From a virus (lineage: Duplodnaviria; Heunggongvirae; Uroviricota; Caudoviricetes), in IMG/VR virus record IMGVR_UViG_2562617151_000006: DNA of 9,989 nt; one strand, given 5' to 3'. The position numbers and the translations under genes are program-made. Numbering within the stretch: position 1 is the stretch's first letter; every line of letters begins with the position of its first letter. Under the pieces are notes generated by a model. The model worked only from the letters and a program-made list of their open reading frames with translations, ran no database searches and had not been told where the DNA came from. Below are positions 1 to 6,845 of the stretch, one piece after another.

Positions 1-1284
1 TTACAGACTTCTGGAAGGTTGCGCAGCTCTTACAACACGCGGTTGATCTTCCGCAGCGTCTTCCAGCGCACTTAAATCACGGTCTTTCACCTCTGGCATT
101 TTCAGCGCAGAGATTAAACCAATCACTGAATATGCCATGATCATAATGGCGATCGGATACCAGGATTCCGTCATGGTGCAGAAAATACCCGCCAGGATAG
201 GACCAAAACCGGAAGCGATAAGACCACCAATTTCTTTAGAAATAGCCATCCGGGTAAAGCGGTTTTTACAGCCGAACATTTCTGCCATGGTAATGTTTTC
301 CAGAGCAAATAATCCCAGCACCGCACAGTTATGAATCACAATCAGTGCAACCATAATGGTGCTCGGGGCATAGCTTTTATCTACAATGATAGAAAGCATT
401 GGCCATGCCAGCACAATCGCGGAGGTATTCATAATAATATACGGGATCCGGCGACCAATTTTATCGGATAACCAACCAAGGAACGGAATGGTCATAAAGC
501 CGAGAATCGAACTGATCATCAATGCATCTGTTGGAATTGCTTTGTTAAACAATAACGTCTGCACTAAATAGCCTGCAAGGAAAGTCTGAATTAACCCGGA
601 GTTACCCGCCTGACCAAAACGCAGCCCTGTTGCCAGCCAGAAGGATTTGCTCTGGAACATGCTACCAGCAGGTGCAGGTTTTGCTGTCGGTTGGTTACTG
701 TCGTTAACCTTCTCAAAGACCGGGCTTTCTTTCAGATTCATACGCAACCAGATAGCAAAGACCATCACGACAACACTCGCCAGGAACGGTATACGCCATC
801 CCCACGCCAGCAGTTCCTCTTTACTGAGAATGAAGAACATAAAGGCCCAGATTGCCGTTGCGCTCAAGGTTCCGCAGTTAGTTCCCATAGCCACAAATGA
901 GGAGATAATTCCGCGCTTACCTTTTGGCGCATATTCCGCCAGCATCGTACCGGCACCGGAAATTTCCGCACCTGCACCCAACCCCTGAATAATACGCAAC
1001 GTCACCAGCAAGATGGGTGCAAAAACACCAATCTGTGCATAGGTCGGTAACACACCAATTAAGGTGGTACAGATCCCCATCATGGTGATGGTAATAAAGA
1101 GCACTTTTTTACGCCCTATTCTGTCGCCCATTTTGCCGAAAATAAATGCTCCGACAATACGCGCCACATAACCTGCACCGTAGGTTCCCATTGCCAGAAT
1201 TAACGCCATTGCCGTTGATGATTCAGGAAAAAATATTTCATGAAACACTAACGCTGCGCCGAGCGAATATAACTGGAAATCCAT
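1..1284 (-). CDS. ydfJ: MFS metabolite:H+ symporter family transporter (YdfJ-like), complete at the 3' end but apparently lacking about 30 N-terminal residues
   Basis: 427-aa minus-strand ORF with multiple hydrophobic segments and MFS-type motifs (GDRIGRKK after TM2, WGWRIPF mid-protein). The N-terminus MDFQLYSLGAALVFHEIFFP aligns with the W[FY]DF..Y..FFP region that lies about 30 residues into paralogs ShiA/KgtP/ProP (recalled). Stop codon is at window positions 1-3. Confidence 0.85.
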   Translation of the reverse strand: MDFQLYSLGAALVFHEIFFPESSTAMALILAMGTYGAGYVARIVGAFIFGKMGDRIGRKKVLFITITMMGICTTLIGVLPTYAQIGVFAPILLVTLRIIQGLGAGAEISGAGTMLAEYAPKGKRGIISSFVAMGTNCGTLSATAIWAFMFFILSKEELLAWGWRIPFLASVVVMVFAIWLRMNLKESPVFEKVNDSNQPTAKPAPAGSMFQSKSFWLATGLRFGQAGNSGLIQTFLAGYLVQTLLFNKAIPTDALMISSILGFMTIPFLGWLSDKIGRRIPYIIMNTSAIVLAWPMLSIIVDKSYAPSTIMVALIVIHNCAVLGLFALENITMAEMFGCKNRFTRMAISKEIGGLIASGFGPILAGIFCTMTESWYPIAIMIMAYSVIGLISALKMPEVKDRDLSALEDAAEDQPRVVRAAQPSRSL

Positions 1285-1525
1285 AATTCACAGGTGTTTT
1301 TTCCCATCCTGTGGTTTCCTTGGCGTTTTCTAGGTTTTTTCAGATAGTTGCATTTTTTAAAAAGCATCCTAAGTTCGATCTCAGTGTCTATCTGGGGCCC
1401 ATTTCTGTCCCATATATGCCCCAAAAAAACTCCTCAACAGATAAGTAGTTTTTTCATGGAGTTACGCGTAAAATCAATAACGGCTGGAAATCATTCAATA
1501 CTCGCACTATCGAAAAATTTACCAG

Positions 1526-1568
1526 CCAACCGCAGCACGTTCTTGCATAAGGCGTGTCTGCGGTTTTT
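1526..1568 (+). terminator. Candidate intrinsic terminator-like hairpin in the ydfJ-ydfK intergenic region
   Basis: Imperfect stem ccgcagcacg (1530-1539) pairing with cgtgtctgcgg (1553-1563), one bulged base, 13-nt loop, followed by TTTTT (1564-1568). No annotated upstream gene on this strand. Confidence 0.35.
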
Positions 1569-1887
1569 CAACTATTCAGATACATCACTCCCATCACATT
1601 CATTCCTCCACATCAAAGGCATATAGGCTATATCACCTTGATATTTTTCTTCTTCAGATAAAAACTGTTATCTATGTATACTTTTAAACCCAATCCGTGT
1701 AGAGTCTCTGCATAAGATAGTTTGCAGTTGCCACTTCAGCTTGCGCCATAAACCGCCTGATTTTTGCCGCCATCTGTTAGCATTCCTGTATACCTGAAAC
1801 GACAATGTTTATCTACGAACTTTAAGAACACCCAGGATAAAAATTGTCAACTATATCATATATAACACATTACTAATTCGAGGCTAT

Positions 1888-2001
1888 ATGAACAGCATAC
1901 TGATAATCACTTCGCTCCTTATCATATTCAGCATTTTTAGTCATGCTCTAATAAAATTAGGGATTGGCATATCCAATAACCCAGACAAAACCGATGTATA
2001 A
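1888..2001 (+). CDS. Hypothetical 37-aa hydrophobic small protein ([37 protein letters not shown])
   Basis: ATG at 1888 preceded by GAGG (1880-1883), TAA at 1999-2001. One predicted transmembrane helix. Lies 68 bp upstream of ydfK on the same strand. Below the size cutoff of the ORF track. Confidence 0.3.
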
Positions 2002-2069
2002 GTCAACATATCCTGAATCAGACATACAATATCGCAATGAAAATCAATAATATTTTAAGGAATATATTC

Positions 2070-2303
2070 ATGAAATCAAAAGACACCCTAAAGTGGTTCC
2101 CTGCGCAGCTTCCTGAAGTCAGAATTATCCTAGGGGATGCTGTAGTGGAAGTAGCAAAACAGGGAAGACCTATCAATACCAGAACATTGCTTGATTACAT
2201 TGAAGGAAACATAAAGAAAAAATCATGGCTGGATAACAAAGAATTATTACAAACAGCGATATCAGTTCTTAAAGACAACCAAAATTTAAATGGTAAAATG
2301 TAA
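2070..2303 (+). CDS. ydfK: Cold-shock-inducible prophage protein YdfK/YnaE family (77 aa)
   Basis: ORF track 2037-2303. Preferred start is ATG 2070 (MKSKDTLKWF...) because it has an AAGGA Shine-Dalgarno 9 nt upstream, giving 77 aa. Sequence recalled as the YdfK/YnaE family of Qin/Rac prophages. Confidence 0.75.
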   Translation: MKSKDTLKWFPAQLPEVRIILGDAVVEVAKQGRPINTRTLLDYIEGNIKKKSWLDNKELLQTAISVLKDNQNLNGKM

Positions 2304-2619
2304 TATAATAAACTTACTTTTTTATCATTTTTCCACTTTAACAACATTTTGCTCCACTTTTCCACGACCAAACAACTTGAAATCTGGTTAAAATAACACG
2401 CAACACTATTCTTCTTCCTTGAGTCCGCCCGGAACTCGAAAAACAAACCGAGTTAAAGCCATTTTTCACAAAATCGATTTTGGGTCTCACCAAAGTTACG
2501 GGGTTGCATACGCATTCGTTTATTTTCGAACGTGTACATACAAATATGCACAAAAATAATCAAAATTATTTTCTGAGATGCATTATGATATGAACACCAA
2601 TTTCGTATAGAGTCTCACT

Positions 2620-3210
2620 ATGTCTCGAATTTTTGCTTACTGTCGGATATCAACGCTGGATCAGACCACCGAAAATCAACGCCGGGAAATCGAAAGTGCA
2701 GGTTTTAAAATCAAACCTCAGCAAATAATCGAAGAACACATTAGCGGCTCAGCAGCAACCAGTGAGCGTCCTGGTTTTAACCGGTTGCTTGCTCGCCTGA
2801 AATGTGGTGATCAATTGATTGTGACAAAACTGGATCGCCTTGGTTGTAATGCAATGGATATCAGGAAAACAGTGGAACAACTGACCGAAACAGGTATCAG
2901 AGTGCATTGCTTAGCATTGGGGGGCATTGACCTGACCAGTCCAACAGGAAAAATGATGATGCACGTAATTTCAGCAGTCGCTGAATTTGAACGAGACCTT
3001 TTACTTGAACGCACTCATTCCGGGATAGTAAGAGCCCGCGGCGCAGGGAAACGTTTTGGTCGACCACCTGTGTTAAATGAAGAACAGAAACAGGTGGTAT
3101 TCGAACGAATTAAGTCAGGTGTAAGTATAAGTGCCATTGCCCGGGAATTCAAAACCTCGCGGCAAACCATTTTAAGAGCCAAAGCAAAACTTCAGACACC
3201 TGACATATAA
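2620..3210 (+). CDS. pinQ: Serine recombinase, Gin/Hin/Pin-family DNA invertase (196 aa)
   Basis: N-terminal catalytic motif YCRISTLDQ (active-site Ser), resolvase-type catalytic domain and C-terminal HTH ([16 protein letters not shown]). Size and sequence are typical of Pin/Gin invertases. Confidence 0.9.
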   Translation: MSRIFAYCRISTLDQTTENQRREIESAGFKIKPQQIIEEHISGSAATSERPGFNRLLARLKCGDQLIVTKLDRLGCNAMDIRKTVEQLTETGIRVHCLALGGIDLTSPTGKMMMHVISAVAEFERDLLLERTHSGIVRARGAGKRFGRPPVLNEEQKQVVFERIKSGVSISAIAREFKTSRQTILRAKAKLQTPDI

Positions 3211-3307
3211 AAAATAATCTCGGTGTGAGATGCTTTACGTCTTCCAAGCCCCCTTCCTTGCCGTAAATGGAGAGATACATCTAATTATAGAATTTATATG
3301 TTTTACC

Positions 3308-3883
3308 CTACGGCAGTGCTGGCCATTCAATATCCGGTGCAGTTGATGTATCAACACGGTTCAGCAACACCCGATACTTTTTCCAGGCTTCCAGCAACAA
3401 GGTTTCTTCCTCCGTTGCGATCTCCAGATCCACAGCATCCTGAAGCGGCGCTATATGCTCACTGGCTATCTGCATCAGGCTGTTTTTTGTTTCTTCCGCC
3501 TCCCGGATCCGGAACAGTTTTTCTGCTTCCGTATCCTTCACCCAGGCTGTGCCGTTCCACTTCTGATATTCCCCTCCCGGCGATAACCAGGTAACATTTT
3601 CCGGTAACGGACCGAGTTCAGAAATAAATAACGCGTCCCCTGATGCCACGTCATAAACCGTTTTACCCCGATGATCTTCAACGAGATGCCACGATGCCTC
3701 ATCACTGTTGAAAACAGCCACGAAGCCTGCCGGAATATCTGGCGGTGCAATATCGGTACTGTTTGCTGGCAGACCTGTATGAGGCGGAATATATGCGTCA
3801 CCTTCACCAATAAATTCATTAGTTCCGGCCAGCAGATTATAAATTTTTATGGTCCGTGGTTGTTCACTCATTCTGAATGCCAT
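3308..3883 (-). CDS. tfaQ: Tail fibre assembly protein (lambda Tfa-like, 191 aa)
   Basis: 191-aa ORF starting [18 protein letters not shown]..., recalled as near-identical to lambda Tfa. Its ATG overlaps the stop of the upstream stf remnant (TAATG), indicating translational coupling. Confidence 0.9.
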   Translation of the reverse strand: MAFRMSEQPRTIKIYNLLAGTNEFIGEGDAYIPPHTGLPANSTDIAPPDIPAGFVAVFNSDEASWHLVEDHRGKTVYDVASGDALFISELGPLPENVTWLSPGGEYQKWNGTAWVKDTEAEKLFRIREAEETKNSLMQIASEHIAPLQDAVDLEIATEEETLLLEAWKKYRVLLNRVDTSTAPDIEWPALP

Positions 3884-4191
3884 TACGCAAGCCTCACAAT
3901 ATAGTTAAATGCGATGTTTTTGACGGTGTTTTCCGCGTTACCAGCAGCGTTAACGGTGATGGTATGTCCATGTGAACCAATCGCAACGGAGTGCGTATGA
4001 GCACCAATACCGACAGTATGTGCGTGTGCACCTGCGCTTGCAGCAGTACCCGATACAGAGTGCGTATGAGCGCCTGCAGAAGAAGTGTTAACACTGTATT
4101 TAGAATAATCAGGTGATCCACTTCCCGGAGCACCACTGGAACCACCTGAAACAAATGTCATCGAATGGGTATGTGCACCGGCTGTCCCCAT
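3883..4191 (-). pseudogene. stfQ: Side tail fibre (Stf) C-terminal remnant, about 100 codons
   Basis: ORF ends ...[30 protein letters not shown], matching the recalled lambda Stf C-terminus. Contains repeated GAHTHS/GAHAHT His-rich motifs. No credible N-terminal part; the frame breaks near 4158-4191. Confidence 0.8.
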
Positions 4192-4445
4192 GCATTTACC
4201 GCCCGGACTGTCAGCCTGTAATTTCCCAGCGCCAGCTGCGTGAAGCGATATGTGGTTTCCGTCGTCCGGGCCGTGCTGACCAACCGCTCACTGCCGTCGT
4301 CCGCTGCCACGGTCAGGCGAAGCATAAAGCTCACCCCCTTCACCACCTTCGGCGTGTCCCAGCGCGCCAGCACCTGGTATTCCCCGCTGTCTGCGGTGAC
4401 TTCTGCGGTCAGGTGCTGAACTGCTGGCGGCGTGACACCATTCAC
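4158..4445 (-). pseudogene. Internal fragment of a lambda J-type tail tip/host specificity gene (FN3-like segment)
   Basis: 95-codon frame with ...[66 protein letters not shown], recalled as an internal segment of lambda gpJ. Starts at a GTG that overlaps the nohA stop (GTGA). Different frame from the stf remnant. No real start or full-length gene. Confidence 0.65.
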
Positions 4446-4987
4446 CGTGCCGCTCTGGTCACCGTCAAAGTGCGCCCCGTTATCAGTTCATCCAGCGCGG
4501 CTGCTTTGTTCATGGCTTTGATGATATCCCGTTTCAGGAAATCAACATGTCGGTTTTCCAGTTCCGGAAAACGCCGCTGCACCGACAGGGGGATCCCGTC
4601 GAGAATACTGGCAATTTCACCTGCGATCCGCGACAGCACGAAAGTACAGAATGCGGTTTCCACCACTTCAGCGGAGTCTCTGGCATTTTTCAGCTCCTGT
4701 GCGTCGGCCTGCGCACGCGTAAGTCGATGGCGTTCGTACTCAATAGTCCCTGGCTGGAGATCTGTCTCGCTGGCCTGCCGCAGTTCTTCAACTTCCCGGC
4801 GCAGCTTTTCGTTCTCAATTTCAGCATCCCTTTCGGCATACCATTTTATGACGGCGGCAGAATCATAAAGCACCTCATTACCCTTGCCACCGCCTCGCAG
4901 AACGGGCATTCCCTGTTCCTGCCAGTTCTGAATGGTACGGATACTCGCACCGAAAATGTCAGCCAGCTGCTTTTTGTTGACTTCCAT
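4442..4987 (-). CDS. nohA: Terminase small subunit, lambda Nu1 homologue (181 aa) with a divergent C-terminal tail
   Basis: MEVNKKQLADIFGASIRTIQNWQEQGMPVLRGGGKGNEVLYD... (winged-HTH DNA-binding N-domain) is recalled as essentially identical to lambda Nu1 until the last 13 residues or so, which diverge at a deletion junction. K-12 synonym nohQ. Confidence 0.9.
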   Translation of the reverse strand: MEVNKKQLADIFGASIRTIQNWQEQGMPVLRGGGKGNEVLYDSAAVIKWYAERDAEIENEKLRREVEELRQASETDLQPGTIEYERHRLTRAQADAQELKNARDSAEVVETAFCTFVLSRIAGEIASILDGIPLSVQRRFPELENRHVDFLKRDIIKAMNKAAALDELITGRTLTVTRAAR

Positions 4988-5230
4988 TGTTCATTCCACG
5001 GACAAAAACAGAGAAAGGAAACGACAAAGGCCAAAAAGCCCGCTTTCAGCACCTGTCGTTTCCTTTCTTTTCAGGGGGTATTTTAAATAAAAACATTAAG
5101 TTACGACGAAGAAGAACGGAAACACCTTAAACCGGAAAATTTTCATAAATAGCGAAAACCCGCGAGGTCGCCGCCCCGTAACCTGTCGGATCACCGGAAA
5201 GGACCCGTAAAGTGATAATGATTATCATCT
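4988..5230 (-). other. Lambda-type cohesive end site (cosB with R1/R2/R3 and I1, cosN, cosQ-side flank)
   Basis: Reverse complement of 5165-5176 is GGGCGGCGACCT, the lambda 12-nt cohesive end. Flanks read (rc) ...CCGACAGGTTACG|GGGCGGCGACCTCGCGGGTTTTCGCTATTTATGAAAATTTTCCGG..., matching the recalled lambda ends. Nu1-binding R elements at 5012-5026, 5053-5067 and 5110-5126 (CGTTTCC cores); AT-rich IHF-like segment at 5078-5100. Confidence 0.8.
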
Positions 5231-5375
5231 ACATATCACAACGTGCGTGGAGGCCATCAAACCACGTCAAATAATCAATTATGACGCAGGTATCGTATTA
5301 ATTGATCTGCATCAACTTAACGTAAAAACAACTTCAGACAATACAAATCAGCGACACTGAATACGGGGCAACCTC

Positions 5376-5609
5376 ATGTCAACGAAGAACAGAACCCGCA
5401 GAACAACAACCCGCAACATCCGCTTTCCTAACCAAATGATTGAACAAATTAACATCGCTCTTGAGCAAAAAGGGTCCGGGAATTTCTCAGCCTGGGTCAT
5501 TGAAGCCTGCCGCCGGAGACTGTGCTCAGAAAAAAGAGTTTCTTCTGAAGCAAACAAAGAAAAGAGTGACATTACTGAATTGCTCAGAAAACAGGTCAGA
5601 CCAGATTGA
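5376..5609 (+). CDS. ynfO: Small ribbon-helix-helix-like protein (YnfO/YlcI family, DUF3950), 77 aa
   Basis: Basic N-tail, then a beta-strand-like RNIRFP followed by two predicted helices (NQMIEQINIALEQ; NFSAWVIEACRRRL), the typical RHH pattern. Position between cos and the lysis cassette matches the recalled Qin ynfO. Confidence 0.7.
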   Translation: MSTKNRTRRTTTRNIRFPNQMIEQINIALEQKGSGNFSAWVIEACRRRLCSEKRVSSEANKEKSDITELLRKQVRPD

Positions 5610-5666
5610 AGCAATTTAGATAATCGTGCAGACTACGCCCCCTCATATCACATGGAAGGTTTATCT

Positions 5667-6077
5667 ATGGATCAGGTAGTCATTTTTAAACAAATATTTG
5701 ATAAAGTTCGAAACGATTTAAACTATCAATGGTTTTATTCTGAGCTAAAACGTCACAATGTCTCACATTACATTTACTATTTAGCCACAGAGAATGTTCA
5801 TATTGTATTAAAAAATGATAATACAGTGTTATTAAAGGGCCTAAAAAACATTGTGTCTGTCAAATTTTCAAAGGATAGGCATCTTATAGAAACGACCTCT
5901 AATAAGCTGAAATCCAGAGAGATCACATTTCAGGAATACAGAAGAAACCTTGCTAAAGCAGGAGTTTTTCGGTGGGTTACAAATATCCACGAACAAAAAA
6001 GATATTACTATACCTTTGATAATTCATTACTATTTACTGAAAGCATCCAGAAAACTACACAGATCTTACCACGCTAA
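5667..6077 (+). CDS. ydfO: DUF1398 family protein (YdfO/YbcV-like), 136 aa
   Basis: ORF track 5652-6077. Preferred start is ATG 5667 ([10 protein letters not shown]...) with GGAAGG 7 nt upstream. Lies 57 bp downstream of ynfO on the same strand. Recalled as YdfO. Confidence 0.8.
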
Positions 6078-6228
6078 ACCATAACGTCCGGCTTCTCTCA
6101 CTCCTGAGCCGGACTGCATTGGTTTAATAAAAACCATCAACAATTGTGATTTAGATATTCGGAACCATTCAAATATAACAAAACCCCGTAAAAACGAGGT
6201 TTATGGATAAATTTTATTATTGAATACA

Positions 6229-6402
6229 TCAGATTAAATTAATCTTGACATCATAGCTTTCAAGACCCGTCATTTTTTCCCGTGCGGTAAACTGAATACT
6301 GGTAACTTCTTTCCCGGTCTTTTTCTTAAGTTCAATAATTTTTTTTGTTATATATTCAGAAATATCTGCTTCTGCTTTTGTTTTTAAGTTTTCAATATTC
6401 AT
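6229..6402 (-). CDS. gnsB: GnsB, small protein (57 aa), multicopy suppressor of secG null (Gns family)
   Basis: Minus-strand ORF MNIENLKTKAEADISEYITKKIIELKKKTGKEVTSIQFTAREKMTGLESYDVKINLI, translated by hand. Below the ORF track size cutoff. Recalled as GnsA/GnsB family. Confidence 0.75.
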   Translation of the reverse strand: MNIENLKTKAEADISEYITKKIIELKKKTGKEVTSIQFTAREKMTGLESYDVKINLI

Positions 6403-6573
6403 CATTTCCTCTTTTAGTCTGTTATGACTTTCCAGTTACACAGTAAGTCGATTATATGGTGCAAACGTGTAAAAGATAAGATGAAACATCGCAATAATCA
6501 ACATACGATAGTCTAAATTTTACACAAACAGACAAAGAGAATTTTCCTGAATTATCAATGCAATAGCATCAAA

Positions 6574-6729
6574 TCAACTCAAGAGCCTTATTGCTGCTTC
6601 CAGAATTTCTTCTGAAGTAACATGTCGATCCGCGGCTACATAAATGACTTTATGATCTCCGGTCAGAGATGGAAACCCTGCGGCCATTACAGTAAGGTGT
6701 GTTTTTTCGCCATTTGGATATTCACGCAT
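6574..6729 (-). CDS. ynfN: Small cold-shock-inducible prophage protein YnfN (51 aa from the preferred start)
   Basis: ORF track gives 6574-6846 (90 codons). Preferred start is ATG 6727-6729 (MREYPNGEKTHLTV...) with GGAG upstream. A terminator T-tract overlaps the far-upstream start at 6846, arguing against the long form. Start is uncertain. Confidence 0.55.
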   Translation of the reverse strand: MREYPNGEKTHLTVMAAGFPSLTGDHKVIYVAADRHVTSEEILEAAIRLLS

Positions 6730-6845
6730 GATGGTGTTAACTCCAGTCATCGCTGGCACTACCACTGCTGGTTCAGAGTTAAAAAAAACTATGATTTTTT
6801 TCATGATGTTACCGTAGTATGTGAGTATCCATCGAATAGACACCA

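Noticed and set aside
137-988. Plus-strand ORFs of 61-113 codons (137-334, 386-571, 647-988, 691-900) inside ydfJ
   Set aside because: They are antisense to a long, well-supported transporter ORF, have no ribosome-binding sites, and have skewed low-complexity composition typical of shadow ORFs.
1348-1626. 92-codon plus-strand ORF in the ydfJ-ydfK intergenic region
   Set aside because: No Shine-Dalgarno, low-complexity Ser/Leu-rich translation, and it reads through the terminator-like hairpin at 1526-1568. More likely non-coding.
2441-2460. gix/hix-like half-site AAACCGAG upstream of pinQ
   Set aside because: Only one half resembles the invertase crossover-site consensus; the partner half and the dyad symmetry are absent. 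It cannot be called a recombination site without alignment to known pix/gix sites.
2195-2553. Minus-strand ORFs of 83 and 71 codons overlapping the ydfK 3' end and the pinQ upstream region
   Set aside because: They overlap the better-supported ydfK on the opposite strand or lie in AT-rich promoter DNA; no ribosome-binding site and no recognisable domain.
2811-3014. 67-codon minus-strand ORF inside pinQ
   Set aside because: Antisense shadow ORF within a conserved recombinase gene.
3298-3904. Plus-strand ORFs (3298-3594, 3671-3904) and minus-strand ORF 3538-3819 overlapping tfaQ
   Set aside because: Alternative-frame or antisense ORFs within tfaQ, which matches a known protein along its full length.
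3894-5086. ORFs 3894-4154 (-), 4113-4868 (+, 251 codons), 4547-5086 (+) and 4846-5052 (-)
   Set aside because: They overlap nohA and the J/stf remnants. The 251-codon one is Arg/Ser/Cys-rich antisense translation of GC-rich lambda-like DNA, and 4846-5052 runs through cosB. None has an independent coding signature.
5302-5315. Inverted repeat TTGAT-CTGC-ATCAA about 60 bp upstream of ynfO, a possible RHH operator
   Set aside because: It lies within sequence that, as far as I recall, is collinear with the lambda right-end (cosQ-side) region, so it is probably inherited lambda sequence rather than a ynfO-specific operator. It is untested either way.
5348-5614. 88-codon minus-strand ORF overlapping ynfO
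   Set aside because: Antisense to ynfO with no ribosome-binding site; ynfO has the recognisable RHH pattern.
6088-6113. Stem-loop TCCGGCT-(13 nt)-AGCCGGA just after ydfO, and a weaker one at 6181-6203
   Set aside because: There is no adequate U-tract on either strand for the first, and the second has a mismatched 5-bp stem. They may be rho-dependent or structural, but I cannot call intrinsic terminators.
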